From assembly GCF_006345805.1 (NCBI RefSeq), contig NC_043001.1, positions 126,790,001-126,854,000 of the forward strand: 64,000 nucleotides of DNA, in the 5' to 3' direction. Made by a program: the position numbers and the translations under genes. Within the stretch, counting starts at the first letter, position 1, and each line of letters starts with the position of its first letter. This document shows positions 27,280-41,338 of the stretch, one piece after another. The notes beneath the pieces are model-generated. The model was not told the DNA's origin. It ran no database searches and saw nothing but the letters and a program-made list of their open reading frames with translations. The DNA comes from Octopus sinensis. Its lineage: Eukaryota.

Positions 27280-27720
27280 ATGGAAAGTATCTGGCAGAGA
27301 TTTTTCTCGTCCGAAAAGAATCAAAATATGTTCAGTTGGAGCGGATGCTTGAGTTTGTTCACAAGCTTCGTAGCGCGGTCTTTCCACTTGTCCTTGTTCG
27401 CTTGGAATAAAAATTGGCCGTTTCTCATCTTGTATGAGGAATACCGAATGTCTTTATGCACTGTGTCGTTTTGCTTGTTTTGCTTTGTTTTCTTTGCTCT
27501 CGTCTCTAATTCTCGAGAAGAAAACCCTATTTTTGCGAGTAGCGCCAAGTGGGAAACACTCAGTCTTATCGGTGAAGGTGCGACACTGAATATTGGTCAA
27601 TAACTGATGAAGAATTACGGATCTTCTGTTTGTCTCCCGTTCGTTTTTATATTCAGTATACGCTATGTCGTTTGTTTATTTACCTTACATTTTTTCCTTT
27701 CTTATATAGCGTCTTATAAA
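27280..27720 (-). mobile_element. Tc1/mariner transposase 5' fragment
   Basis: VHKDIRYSSYKMRNGQFL...NKLKHPLQLNIF*FFSDEK, including the first catalytic Asp motif. Confidence 0.7.
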
Positions 27721-28004
27721 GCAAGATTTATATATCCTAATTCTCGTTCGGGATGTTTAGCTTAACGGTAAAGCACTTGACACTTGACAGGGATGTGAAT
27801 TCGAGTCTCATGGCTGGACACCGACAGATTTGTCTGTATAATGTCGATAGTTTATCCTGTTCATTCTATATTAATAGGATTATCCTGCGTCTGAGAATAA
27901 AATTATTTCCTTATCTGTATCTTTCAAACATCTCAACGCTTCTAAAGCAAACTTTGTTGACATTCAACGTAAGTTGAATTTAATATATACATATTTTTTT
28001 ATTT

Positions 28005-28158
28005 TTTTCAGTCATTTGAAAGCGGCCATGCTGAAGCACCGCCTTTAATCGAACAAATCGACCCCAGGACTTATTCTTTGTAAGCCTAGTACTTAATCTA
28101 ACTGCCTGAACCCGGAACCATGTGGTTGGTAGACAAGCTACTTACCACACAGCCGCGC
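28005..28158 (-). mobile_element. SINE family 2, internally deleted
   Basis: Tail half is joined directly to the head half. Confidence 0.7.
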
Positions 28159-28319
28159 TGTATGAGTTTGTATTATATATATAGAGAGAGAGGGATATAG
28201 ATAGACAGACAGACAGACAGATAAATATATACATACATACATACATACATATACAACATACGTATATATATATACATATACATATATGTGTGTGTCTATG
28301 TATGTGTCTTTGTATTTAT

Positions 28320-28500
28320 ACTCTACCATCGCTTTACAGCCAGTGTTGGTTTGTTTACGCCCCTGTTAATTAATGGTTCAGCCTAAGAGACCGATAGAAT
28401 AAGTAGCAGACTTTTAAAAAGATAAGCACTTCGGTCGAGTGGTGCGGCTAAACCCTTCAAGGTGGTGCCCCAATATGGCCGCAGTTAAATGACTGAAAAA
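28320..28500 (+). mobile_element. SINE family 2, 3' half
   Basis: ccgatagaataagta..ggtggtgcccc..atggccgcag..aaatgactgaaa. Confidence 0.7.
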
Positions 28501-28965
28501 TTTAATATCAAGAATGTTCCAACTTACTATAAGAAAGATTTTAGTTACTTTGTTCCTGACTTCGTGTTAGCTAATTCACACTGGTTACCGAATACTGGGT
28601 CATTGTTTGCTTTCTCTCATATGTTTTAACGATGCGTTTCTTAATTCCTCAACTAATCTTATGTTCACTTTAATTTGGCTTTGTAAGGCAGGTAAAGAAA
28701 AAAAGTAATGTCGGAGCTTTCCCTGTCTAGATATAAAGGCTATATTGAGCATAAGGATTAGCTGAATAAATAAACACATATATTTGACTGGTACTTTATC
28801 AATCAGGTTGGATGAAAAGCAATGATGAACTCAGTAGGGTTTGAAATCAAAATGTAAAGTATTTTGTTCAAAGTTCAAACGATTCTTGGAATTCACTGCA
28901 AGTTTCATCTTATATTATAGATTTTATAATTTATTATTTTACATTAAAAATTGTATTAGTATTTA

Positions 28966-29532
28966 GAGAAATCCCTCGACTATCGCAGGTGTTACGTTCT
29001 AAAACCCCCGCGATAGGTGAAAATACTTGAAGTAGAAACAGTACACTACCGTATATTTTTACCTCCGCCTTCGCTAAGGCGGAGTTATTGTTTTCAGTCA
29101 TGTTTGTTTGTTTGTTTGCTTTGTTTGTCTGTGGACAAGATATCTCAAGAATCGCTGGGTGGATTCGGATGAAAATTTTAGGGATGATTGGCATTGTGAC
29201 TGGCACGAACTGATTAGATTTTGGGATCGATCCGGTACCGGACAAGGATTCTGGATTTTTTTCTGGTCTTTTACTTAATTTATGAGAGCGGTCGTGTTCA
29301 TTTTTAGTATTCTCGTTTGTGAGAGCAGTCGAGTTTATTTCACATATTCGCATTTTAAAAATCATCTTTGGCTAATCGTTGAGAGGACGCTGGTGTTGCC
29401 TTGGCGGAGGTTTGTGCTCTAGTATGTATATATATTTTTATTACGAATGCAAACAACACCACTGAGGAATCAACGTAAGATTGAATAATAAACCGCGATA
29501 GGTGAATCGCTATATGGTGAGGGATTACTGTA
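28966..29532. mobile_element. Tigger-like MITE with a nested Helentron-type (HINE/DINE-like) element at about 29060-29423
   Basis: Termini atccctcgactatcgc / gagggattactgTA; inner element acctccgcc...(gttt)n...gatccgg...ttggcggaggtttgtgctct. Confidence 0.65.
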
Positions 29533-29589
29533 TTTAAATTTCTTTGCTTACAAATATCTTATTTACGAATTATTATTTTGTTTTTATCA

Positions 29590-30877
29590 CAGGTTTGTTG
29601 AAGCGCCCCCTGAAGTCTTGCATGCATAGCGGGCTTGCTACCTACAGCGTACGGGACCATGCTATTCGTTCTTTCCAGGTATCTAATACTTTCCTGATTA
29701 TTCTGGCCGTGCCAAGCAGGCAAACCTTTTGTAACAGTTCCACTGGGCACTCTATTCCAATTTCCTTTATATTCCTCTTGATGCCTTCTGATACTGTTCC
29801 CAAGGATCCAACAATAATTTGCATTATCTGCACCTTCTTCCGTTTCCACAGCCGGGTTAAGAGGGTTGTATTTATCTAACTTTTCGCTTTCCTTCTGGAC
29901 TATTCGGGGAACAAAGGGGCATGCAACTTCAACTATATAGAATATGTGGTACATGTCGTCCACCACCACTAGGTCCGGTCTGTTCTGCTCTAGCCCCTGA
30001 TCTGTTTGGATTGGGAAATACCAAGGGATTTTGCTAGTCTCCAGTTCCACTACTCTGTACAGTTTGTGTCCATATCAAGTCTTGCCTCTCTCTAGCCCCC
30101 ACTTTTCACACTTTCGCTACCTGATTGTGTCGTCACCCCTTGTAGTGGTTTTGGAAAGTCTAGGGCATTCGATCGTGATATGGTCAATGGTTTCATCCAC
30201 TCTATTGCAGATGCAGCACAGCGGTTTGACCCTCCAGTTCGTGACCAGATCGTGGTTTTGAGCTACCGCTATAGTACTCTCGGTCTCTTTTTTTAGGGTT
30301 CCTTTCATCAGCGAATCCTACCTATTTTTTCCAGCAACTTCTCTAGTAGCTACATATAATTGATTGTGTAGTCCCCTGCGTAATTCTTCTTCATATCCTT
30401 TTTCCCCTTCATCCTTTGTTTTCCATTTTTACTCTGCTCTCAATAATCCCTCGTTCCAATCTATCACTAAAAAGGTTTCCTCACTTTGGGCTAGGCATCT
30501 CATTAAGCTCTCGAGTTCGATACGCACGCAGTCTTCCATACTCACCGGTCCCCTTCCTCCATTTGCTCTTTTCATGTATAGGCAATCAGTGTCTGCACGT
30601 GGATGATGGGCTCCATGCATCGTTAGGAGCTTTCTTGACTTTCAATCCATCTCCTTTAGCTCCTCTGTCCACTTCGGGATTCCAGCACCATAGCGAACTA
30701 CTATGACTGTTCGTGAGTTTATTGCCGAAATGCTTCTAGCATTCAGCTTTGAAGTCAATATTTTTCTCATTTGCCGCAAGTACTCTCCTTTTGTCTTTTC
30801 CTTTATGATGTGGTGTTTGATTCTATCTGCCTCAAGTATTGCCAGGTTGAATTGCCTTCATTATTTCACCTCGAGTT
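29590..30877 (-). mobile_element. R4/Dong-like non-LTR retrotransposon (RLE endonuclease), 5'-truncated, copy 1
   Basis: LYMKRANGGRG, CCIC..ETIDHITIECP zinc knuckle, RPDLVVVD..YIVEVACPF (PD..D/ExK type), LLQKVCLLGTARIIRKVL; disrupted frames. Confidence 0.8.
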
Positions 30878-30897
30878 TATTATTATTATTATTATTG

Positions 30898-30957
<60 letters not shown>
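30878..30957. repeat. (ATT)n microsatellite
   Basis: Seen directly; a second tract lies at 32969-33015. Confidence 0.95.
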
Positions 30958-30959
<2 letters not shown>

Positions 30960-32967
30960 TTTGTACAGATTCTAACGCTGGAAATGTACTACCGTGTCAG
31001 CTGTTCGCTACCAGTGTACTAAGGTAATTCCCCTTATTTTTCGAGCACCTTCCGGAGTTTTCGAGCGGTTCCAAGCAGTGCTGTTTTCTGCAAGTGTTCT
31101 AACCTTATTGTAGCCCTATCTGTTCCATGTATTTGATTTTTTTTACACACTGTTCCCAGGGCTCCGACAATTATTGGTACCACTACCACCTTTTTCATTA
31201 ATCACAATTTCTTTACCTCCCAAGCTAACCTATCATATCTATCGACTTTTCTTTCTTTGGCTAATCGTTGAGAGGACGCTGGTGTTGCCTTGGCCTAGGT
31301 TTGTGCTCTAGTATGTATATATATTTTTTATTACGAATGCAAAACAACACCACAGAGGAATCGACGTAAGCTTGAATAATAAACCGCGATAGGTGAATCG
31401 CGATATGGTGAGGGATTACTGTATTTAAATTATCGCATACCTTCTTGTCAGCTGGGTATGCTATATCTATGATCCAGCATAGTTTGGTTTCTTTCTCTAT
31501 TAAGACTATGTCTGACTTCCTATTCTCTGTCTTATGGTCACACTGAATCATAAAATCCCACGGGATCTTTGCATTATCATTTTCGATTATGCCTTCGGTG
31601 TTGTGGTCGTACCAATTATTTCTCTGTGAAGTCCATACTTGTTGCAAAGTTTGCAATGGACAAGCCTTGCTATATTGTCGTGGCGTCTCTTATATTCCTT
31701 CAGGGTTAGTGGCATACATTGGCTGGTAATATGCCATACGGTTTCACCGTTTTGTCTACAAATTCTGCATTTATCACTTTCTGATGTGTTGTTTACTCTG
31801 TATTTTATGTAGTTTATTCTTTGTGCTTGCTCTTGGACAGCACAGATTAGAGCCTCCGTTTTAAATCATTATATGTCATCCACAGCCATCATTTTTCTCT
31901 GTCTGTCTTATCTTTAACATCCCTATAAAATTGTCCATGCATTCTTTTCTTTACCAATCTATTTTCAGTTTCAATCGTTTTCAATTGATTGTACAATGCT
32001 TTATCTTTGCAATCTTTCATCCTACACAAGGCTGACCTTCTTACTTCTCATAATAGCGTTTCTGTGGCATTTTTTTACATACCATTCTATGTTGTTTTCT
32101 TCTGTTGTAATGCTGTGTTCGCATCCAATAAGTCCTCTTCCCCCTCTTTTTCTTGGTACATACAGTCTGCCTGTGTCACTTTTTGGGTAGAGTGTCCCAT
32201 ATCTAGTTAGCAACTTCCTTGTCTTTCTGTCTAAGCTGCTTAGTTCGTCTACTGTTCATGCGATCACCCATGCTCCATATCTAAGGAGTGAAACTGCCCA
32301 GGTGTTGACAGCTTCAATCTTATTCTGTCCATTAAATTTCAACTTAAGGATCAGTCTCAGTCTGCGCAAGTACTCCACTTGAAATTTTTCTGTCGTTTCT
32401 TTCTCCATCAATTCATCCATTTCCAAAATTCCCAAGTACTTATAGCCCGTCTCTTCTATCTGCTCCATAACCTCCCCCGACGGTATCGATAGCCCGTCCA
32501 TACATTTGATTTTGCCACTCTTCAAGACTAACACACCACACTTTCTCAGTCCGAACTCCATTTTGATATCAGCACTGAAAATATACATCGTATCGACGAG
32601 GGAATTGACTTGGTTTTCATCTTTACCATAAAGTTTGAGATCATCTATGAATAACAAATGGTTGCCTTTTTGTTGGCGGCTTTTGAATACATACCCAGCT
32701 TTTGCTTTCCTCAGCATCAGTGTTAGTGGTATCAAGCACAGTACAAAGATCAGTGAGAATGGGCAGCACCCCCTGGAAGATGCCCCTCCTGATTTCTACT
32801 GTCCCTAAACTTCTTCCGTATGCTCTTAAGGCCGTCCTCCAATTCGCCATACTTTTTCCAAGCAATCGCTCAAAATTCCATTATCCAAGAGATCATATCG
32901 TACGCCTTACGATAGTCGGTCCATGACATGGCTAAGTTACTTTTCCTCCTCTTGAAGTCTCTAAGTA

Positions 32968-32968
<1 letters not shown>
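30958..32968 (-). mobile_element. R4/Dong-like non-LTR retrotransposon, 5'-truncated, copy 2
   Basis: RT motifs RRGIFQG and HLLFIDDLKLYGK, INTWAV-like VNTWAVSLLRY, LYVPRKRGGRGL, WDFMIQCDH..RKSDIVL; flanked by (ATT)n on both sides. Confidence 0.85.
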
Positions 32969-33011
<43 letters not shown>

Positions 33012-33331
33012 GTATTGTTATTTTATATTAGTTTTGTCTATATTATATTTTACGAATCTTGGAAACAAGTGGCGCTTAGCGTTTAATAATTATTAACTGC
33101 TAAGCACCACTTGATTCCCCGAATCCGAGTTTTCTCTAAATATTGTGTGTAAGAGATGTGATTAATTTCAACAAGCTATCGCATTAATTAAAACAAAGTT
33201 AAATGTATCATGTGTCGGAATTTTAAAATGATCTACACGTTTCTGTATAACAACAACTTGCAATAATTTTTATGAAAGCAATTTCTTAGTTATGACGTTA
33301 TTAAAAATAATGCAATGTAAAAATTGCTTAC

Positions 33332-33420
33332 CTCAATTCTTCCTCTGGGATATATCGTGCATTTACAAGAGAAACTAGCACCATGCCAACAATGCTAAGT
33401 ATTAAAATGTGTCGTGTCAT
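33332..33420 (-). CDS. Neuropeptide precursor, first coding exon (signal peptide): MTRHILILSIVGMVLVSLVNA/RYIPEEEL(R)
   Basis: Acceptor ttgattttag|ATG and donor AG|GTAAG; 89 nt, ends in phase 2. Basic n-region, hydrophobic h-region and V-N-A cleavage motif. In frame with the downstream exons. Confidence 0.85.
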
Positions 33421-34882
33421 CTAAAATCAAATGAGAGAAGACATAAATGATGTGAAATGGATATGAAATTCCAGCACGCAAAGCGTCAATTATGCGATTA
33501 TTAACAAACATGAAAAACATTAAACCGTGCAAAAAGTAATTTCTTAATATTCACCGTTCTTCTTTCCAAGGATTCTATTCACGTTACCTGTATTTAACCC
33601 TGGAAGAAATTCCGGTAAATATTCGATATATTTCAGCCATCAAAATGAAACCAGCGGATACCTTATCACAATAATCAGTGTTGACATATAGCAAGTAGAA
33701 ATTACTTAATTCTCTTTACATTAGATTTGGCCTCAGAGAAATGCCTCTGTCAAATGGAAACATAATCTGAAATCACTTGCCTATTCTCAAGAACAATTCC
33801 CCAAACGAGTTACTTATTGCCTTTTCCTGTTGCCTGGATTAACATTTTTGTTTGGATATCAACAGAACATGGGCTCTTTGATTCGGCAAAAGTACTAAAG
33901 TCTACTGAGGTCAACAATGTAGAAGTCGTTATTGTTGTTTAGTCCCAGAAGATCCGTGATTGAACTGGCCTACGATCATTCCAGCAGCGATATAGAGTTG
34001 CTACATCTAGTAAAACTGTCGAGCACGTAGACGTTCCGTTTGTTGGCTCAAATTATACATGAGTCGGAGCAATGGAAGAATATTGTTGAACGATGCAAAA
34101 GCACTAAAATACTGACGGATTTATCTTTGATCTTACACATTCTAGATATTGTCATATGAAACTGGCAGGAGACAGGGTCATCTTAGGCAGAACAAATAAG
34201 TGTAACATTCGTTCGAATGATTATAACCACGTATCAACGTACGCTTGAAGTCACACGTGAAGTTTCCGTAAATATTTGTATGTGTGCGTGTACGGTGTGT
34301 ATGTGAGTGTATGTATGTATGCATGTATGTATGTATGTATGTATGTGCAGATCTGTATTATGTATGTATTCTCATGCATATAGTTCCATATCTAGACATG
34401 CTTATATATATTTAAATGATAAACTTCTGGAAAGTTTTACAGATTTTTACAGTTCCAGTGATGGATTAGATCTGTAGCCTTTGAATAAGCTTTCTCCTTC
34501 CAGGGGTGCACGTGTATGTGTGTATGTGTGATTATAGTAAAGCGTACCCGTTCCATTCTTTTTATATCTATCCTATTTACGGAATGAGAGTGAATACTCG
34601 AAACTTAAATAGTACATTTTCCCATTTCCTGAGCAGCAAGCTATACTAACTTTGCGTCAATTTTTATCTTGTCTCCATGTTGAATTTTTTATAACCTTCT
34701 GTGGGTAGACACACAAACACACACATATATATAATATATAACATATATATAGAGAGAGGGACAGAGAGAGAGAGAGAGAGAGAGAGAAATACATATAGAT
34801 ATATGCATGTATATATGATATATACGTAAATGTAACATTGGACATTATATATATATATATATACATACATACATACACACAG

Positions 34883-34921
<39 letters not shown>

Positions 34922-34944
34922 CTTACACACATCTATATATTCAG

Positions 34945-35088
<144 letters not shown>

Positions 35089-35584
35089 CGTCATAAATTT
35101 AAGCATTACATATATGTTTTGAAATTGCTGAAACTTTTATACATAAAACATATACTGGAGACATGTATGCTAGTAGACTAACACGGGTGAAATCAAATAT
35201 ACATAACGTATATCTATAATAAATAATGTTTGAAGATTCCATTTATTAATGTATAATCAATTATTTTTTCTTTCATTTCGTCTCTAGGTGTTCGAGTGTA
35301 CAACTTATATTAATAAGAGAAAGGTATTTATGTTGCATAATTATTCAATAATGAGTATAACCTTTTTGGAACGGCAAACTTCTAAGTCTATTGCATGTGT
35401 GTTTATATTTAGAATGAACTGAAATTGTGCAGGTTAGATTGATAGGAAAGCAGATTAATTGATCAATCCAGTTATCAGCATGTGTGTTTATATGAATAAT
35501 ATTTATATATACACACACATACATGCATATATATGCTGGCCATTGATAGAATATTTTTCGAAAAATTTTATCCTACATTAGATG

Positions 35585-35619
<35 letters not shown>

Positions 35620-35639
35620 AATGAATGTTTTTATATATA

Positions 35640-35960
35640 ATGAACGTGAAATACAGTAAGGGACGAACACGGAACACAGACAAATCATTCGAAGCCTTCA
35701 ATCTTCAGTCAGACACCGAATCATCATAGCAAATTTCGGCTGTTCAATTCTGATATTTGCTCCAACTCGGCCAGCCCCAAGAAAAAAAACTAAGCTGTAA
35801 GCATTAGATTTCTTGGTAGAAGACAGGAATGTGAACGCACAAGACGGATGTGAATACAAGAGACGAAAACGAAATTGAAAACAGTAATGAATAAACAAAA
35901 TATATATAACGGTGGTTGTCATACGACTTTAGACCAAATGAGACAAAAACAACAACAACA
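35640..35960. mobile_element. Diverged solo copy of the same LTR-like repeat
   Basis: Shares cattcgaa..tcttcagtca..aatttcggctg..cggccagccc..aaaactaagc..gtc.tacgact with 53860-54170. Confidence 0.65.
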
Positions 35961-36013
35961 TATATATATATATATAACATCTAATGTAGGATAAAATTGG
36001 CCAGCATATATAT

Positions 36014-36467
<454 letters not shown>

Positions 36468-37119
36468 TGTATATATATATATATATATATGGAGAGAGAG
36501 AGAGAGAGCAAATAAATGATGGATAGGTGCCAATTCATTACAGCTGTTTCCAACTAATTTTTAAAATGATTAATGGGTATATCATATCATCATTAAAAAA
36601 AGTCTTCTTCAGATGAATGCTCGAACCATAGGATTAGGAACATTTAAAACATTCAATATCCATGGCATGTGCATATTTTGTGATTCCGCGAACTCCGCTG
36701 GTCGCAGAATGAGTTTACCAAATGAAAACAAATTAAAAAGTGGTTTTATAGCAAAGGACAGCATGGCGTATTATGTGGGTAGGGTGTATTTAAGATTTAT
36801 AGCCTCTAAGGTGATTAGTCCACATGGTAGGCGGGATGGGTAAAACGGATATCCAAGCGTCTCCTTTCTACAATTAAGGAAGAGATAGTTCTGTTTATAT
36901 GATGATACAATTCAAATAGAGACATAGGTTAAAAGCAAAAGATAAAGTTCACATTTATTTTTATATTTATCTATTTAAAATCATTACATGCCAGCTTTAT
37001 TACTAAGTGTATGTCTGATGGAGACATAAAGCCCAGAATTCTACTATAGAGTGTAGGAATAAGGATGGTATTCATCGTGTTAATAGATAGGTAAGGAAGT
37101 ATACGGTCAATAGCGTACT

Positions 37120-37505
37120 GTCGTGGCACTCCGTCGGTTACGACGACGAGGGTTCCTGTTAATTCGATCAACAGAACAGCCGGCACGTGAAATTACCGTG
37201 CAAGTGGCTGAGCACTCCACAGACCCGTGTACCCTTAACGTAGTTCTCGGGGAATTTCAGCATTACACAGAGTGTGACAAGGCTGGCCGTTTGAAATACA
37301 TGTACAACAGGAACAGGAACAAAGAGCGAGAGAAAGTCGTGGTGAAAGAGTACAGCAGGGTACGCCACCACCCTCTGCCGGAGCCTCGTGGAACTTTAGG
37401 TGTTTTCACTCAATAAACACTCACAACATCCGGTCTGGGGTTCGAAACCACGATCCCACGACCGCGAGTCCGCTGCCCTAACCACTGGGTGATTGCGCCT
37501 CTACT
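37120..37505 (-). mobile_element. tRNA-derived SINE family 3 with 10-bp TSD
   Basis: TSD atagcgtact at 37110-37119 and 37506-37515. Confidence 0.9.
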
Positions 37506-37929
37506 ATAGCGTACTATATGAAAGCAAAGTGATAATAGTAAGAGAGAGATTATAACAGATAAAGATTAAAGTGGACAAATGTGTTAAAATAAAAGGAGAG
37601 GGTTCGTAATAAATGAATAATGAAAATTGAACAGGTAAAAAATCCATATATATCAGGTAAATATAATAATAAATATCGTCTAGTAATTACAAGGATAATT
37701 TTCAAAACTTAAAAAAATGGTTTAGAAAAAGTACAATGGAAGTAAGATAGATTATCTTTATAATTACTCTACGATATTTTTCACTCTTATTTTAAGCAAT
37801 GTAGGTGTTACTCTGCAGCGTCAGTCATAATTAGTGACAACTGAATATTTCCTCTTTGGTTTCATATTGTGTATAACTCACTTCGATATTTTACACACAC
37901 ACACACACTCACATTATATATATATATAA

Positions 37930-38065
37930 GAAGAGCCTCTTTAAATTTCCATCTACCAATCCACTCACCGAGACTAGCGTGGAAGACACTTGTCCAAGAT
38001 GCTACACAGGGGTACTGAACCGAAACCATGTGGTTGGGAAACAAATTTCTCACATCACACAGCTA
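37930..38065 (-). mobile_element. SINE family 2, head fragment
   Basis: tctaccaatccactcac..gaagacacttg..aaccatgtggttgg. Confidence 0.7.
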
Positions 38066-38432
38066 TGCCTGTCTAATCTGTCTTATGATTAGCATTTTTA
38101 GTTAAAAGTGATTAAACGTAAGGCCTGTATACGTGATAAAGATGTATGTCCTTGTTGAAGGTTACAATCAACTATTTTCTAACAGAATGATTCAAAGGAA
38201 TTAATCAATATGAGGTGATTACGGATAGATTTAGAAGGATTAGATCAAGGATGAGTACTAATTGGTGAAAAAATATATTTTCTTATACGAATATTTTATG
38301 AAATTCTTTTTTTAGTGTAAATATGTTTTAAGACGTAATTTGCAGACCTAATGTTTTAGTAAATATTGAAAAGGCCAAGTTTTGGTTGCTATTGTAAACG
38401 CTTATATTCGGAATCGCACGCACACACGCACA

Positions 38433-38499
<67 letters not shown>

Positions 38500-39309
38500 A
38501 CACACACACATTCACACCCAGGCATCTATATATACGCTAATTTGAAAGAGTGTTTTTAGGAAATTTTCTTGATACAATCGCAATATTTGATAACAAATTT
38601 CTTTAAATTAAAAAATATTTATTCTTAATACTCTCTGGCAGATTTGAACGAGAATGTCTATCTGCTCACTTTTGTTTTTCGTCACCGGAGAAGGCCTCTT
38701 TCCTTTAGCTTGTATGTATTCATTCATAACACACGGGATTCACCAATCGGTATAAAGGAACTTTAAGACATTGCAGTGTTTCGACCTCGTTGTACTTCTG
38801 CCGAATCTAGTCTACAGTCGAATCGATAAACAAACATGGCAAAGGGCACGGGTTCTTTTTCATAAAAATTAGTAAACAAACGTTTTATTTTTTAATGCAT
38901 GCAGATGTTTAACAAACGGATAATAAGCGAAGAGAATCCAGAATGTCTGACAACCAAAGAGATTCCAGAATCACGTATGCTATACACTTACATCGCCAAA
39001 GAGAGCAGAAGTTTTTTGCTATGGACTACATTTTCTCCCCATTTAATTTTCTGTCGTATATTTTTGAATTCCATTTTAAGTTTGCCTTCTTTTTTTTTAA
39101 TTTTTACTGAAGATTCATTTTTATCCAAACCTTTACCGCCAGCTTTATCAAATTCTAGTTTGTATTCTTATATACAGAGAAGTATATATTCTTTTATCAT
39201 TGTTCCTATATTACGTTACTCACTTCACTTTTGCCTGCTTCTAAATATTTTACTAATCTGACTGCTATTATTTCCTTGGAGTTCCCTATTTTTATCGTTT
39301 TACGTGTGG

Positions 39310-39460
39310 CAGAATCGCAGTATTTGTTCCAGTTTCGTTCAACTTTGCCTTTTATCCCTTCGGGTCGACAAAATCAAGTACCGGCCAACTACTGGGACTG
39401 ACAGTTTAAATTAATTCCCTACACTCAAAATTGCCGACCTTGTACCTAAATTACTAGTCA
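39310..39460 (+). mobile_element. SINE family 1 fragment
   Basis: ctttgccttt..cgggtcgac..aagtacc..ctcaaaattg. Confidence 0.55.
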
Positions 39461-39560
39461 CTGTTTCCCGTATTACTTGCTTTCGCTGACATCGGATATG
39501 GTTCGTATGTCCTCGGCACATTTTATTTTCAATTACTTTTACCTTCCTTATCATAGAAAA

Positions 39561-39656
39561 ATTTCCCTTTGGAAACTTACACATAAAGGACTATTTCCCT
39601 TTGGAAACTTACACATAAAGGACTATTTCCCTTTGGAAACTTACACATAAAGGACT
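39561..39656. repeat. Exact 32-bp unit x3
   Basis: atttccctttggaaacttacacataaaggact repeated three times. Confidence 0.95.
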
Positions 39657-40099
39657 CCGACAATTTAGAAACTTTTGCCTCATTACTTCCTATGTATAGG
39701 GAAACCTGTTTTTTTTCACACATCTATAGTTTTCATAGATTGTTGGTATATATATGTAGTTAGATGGTGTTTAAAACAACAACGATCGGAAATGCCTCGA
39801 AAACTAATAATGAACAAAACGCGATTTACAAAAGAAAAAGACTTTGTATTATGTAAATAATTAAAATGAAAAGGAAAATGAGCAGTAAAAATGCATCAAT
39901 ATGCACAACTCAGCGAATAGAGAAAGATAATTATTCTATAGAGTCTATTAATACTAAATCAGATTGTAGATTATTACTTTGGTAACAAAATATATAAATG
40001 ACAGTTTTCTCATATGCTCGACGAGAATATAAACGAAAGTGATTTTTGAATGTGATAACTTCAACTACTGTTGCCAGTCAGAGAGATAGATATATAAAT

Positions 40100-40156
<57 letters not shown>

Positions 40157-40269
40157 AAAAATCAACTACCATTAACTGGATATACGTAAAGACAACATTT
40201 TGTGAGAATTATGTTGAACTTTACCGACTGCTTATATATTTTTCTGCATTTTTAGGTAGGTAGGTAGGC

Positions 40270-40351
<82 letters not shown>

Positions 40352-40407
40352 ACAGACAGACAGACAGACAGACAAATAGATAGATAGATAGATAGATATA
40401 TATATAT

Positions 40408-40503
<96 letters not shown>

Positions 40504-40559
40504 GTTATACATTTTCACTCTGGTTTTAGCAAGCTCATTAGGCAGTGCGATTGTCACAG

Positions 40560-40870
40560 TGATTAACGTAATGATAAAAAGTAATGGAGAGAGAGCAAAT
40601 CTCCTTGGAATATTCCCCTGCGAATTTTCACATTTTTTTTAAAGGGATCATTGCCGTATGTTGATTCTACTTGCCATGATATCATTGATTTTCTAAAAAG
40701 AAACAGTTAATCTTCTCATTTATCCCGAGTATCGACAGGTACTCCAAGGGCCCACAGTGTGAAACATTACTGTAGGGTTTCTCGTAGTCTATCCAGACAA
40801 CAGCTTCTGATTTGTACCTCGTTTAATGTCATGCAATCGATATACAACAGATAAGTAGTTCCTCTCGACT
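40560..40870 (-). mobile_element. Degenerate RT fragment, R4-like
   Basis: Minus strand reads WIDYEKPYSNVSH and [12 protein letters not shown]. Confidence 0.6.
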
Positions 40871-40871
40871 A

Positions 40872-41123
40872 CTTATACTCTCTCTTTTACTCTTTTACTT
40901 GTTTCAGTCATTTGACTGCGGCCATGCTGGAGCACCACCTTTAGTCGAGCAAATCGACTCCGGGACTTATTCTTTGTAAGCCCAGTACTTATTCTATCGG
41001 TCCCTTTTGCCGAACCACTGAGTGATGGGGACGTAAACACACCAGCATCGGTTGTCAAGCAATGCTAGGGGGACAAACACAGATACACAAGCCACAACAA
41101 CACACACACCCACATCACATATA

Positions 41124-41165
<42 letters not shown>

Positions 41166-41338
41166 ATATATATACATCTATATACGACAGGCTTCTTTCA
41201 GTTTCCGTCTACCAAATCCACTCACAAGGCTTGGTCGGCCCGGGGCTATAGCAGAAGACACTTGCCCAAGATGCCACGCAGTGGGACTGAACCCGGTACC
41301 ATGTGGTTGGTTAGCAAGCTACTTACCACACAGCCACT
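40872..41338 (-). mobile_element. SINE family 2, full length
   Basis: Complete from tail (ttttactc)n to head cttaccacacagccac. Confidence 0.9.

Noticed and set aside
27600-27630. CTGATGAAG motif as a hammerhead
   Set aside because: No GAAA, and it lies inside a Tc1 transposase fragment.
39561-39656. CRISPR-like 32-bp repeats
   Set aside because: Units are contiguous with no spacers, there are no cas genes, and the context is eukaryotic.
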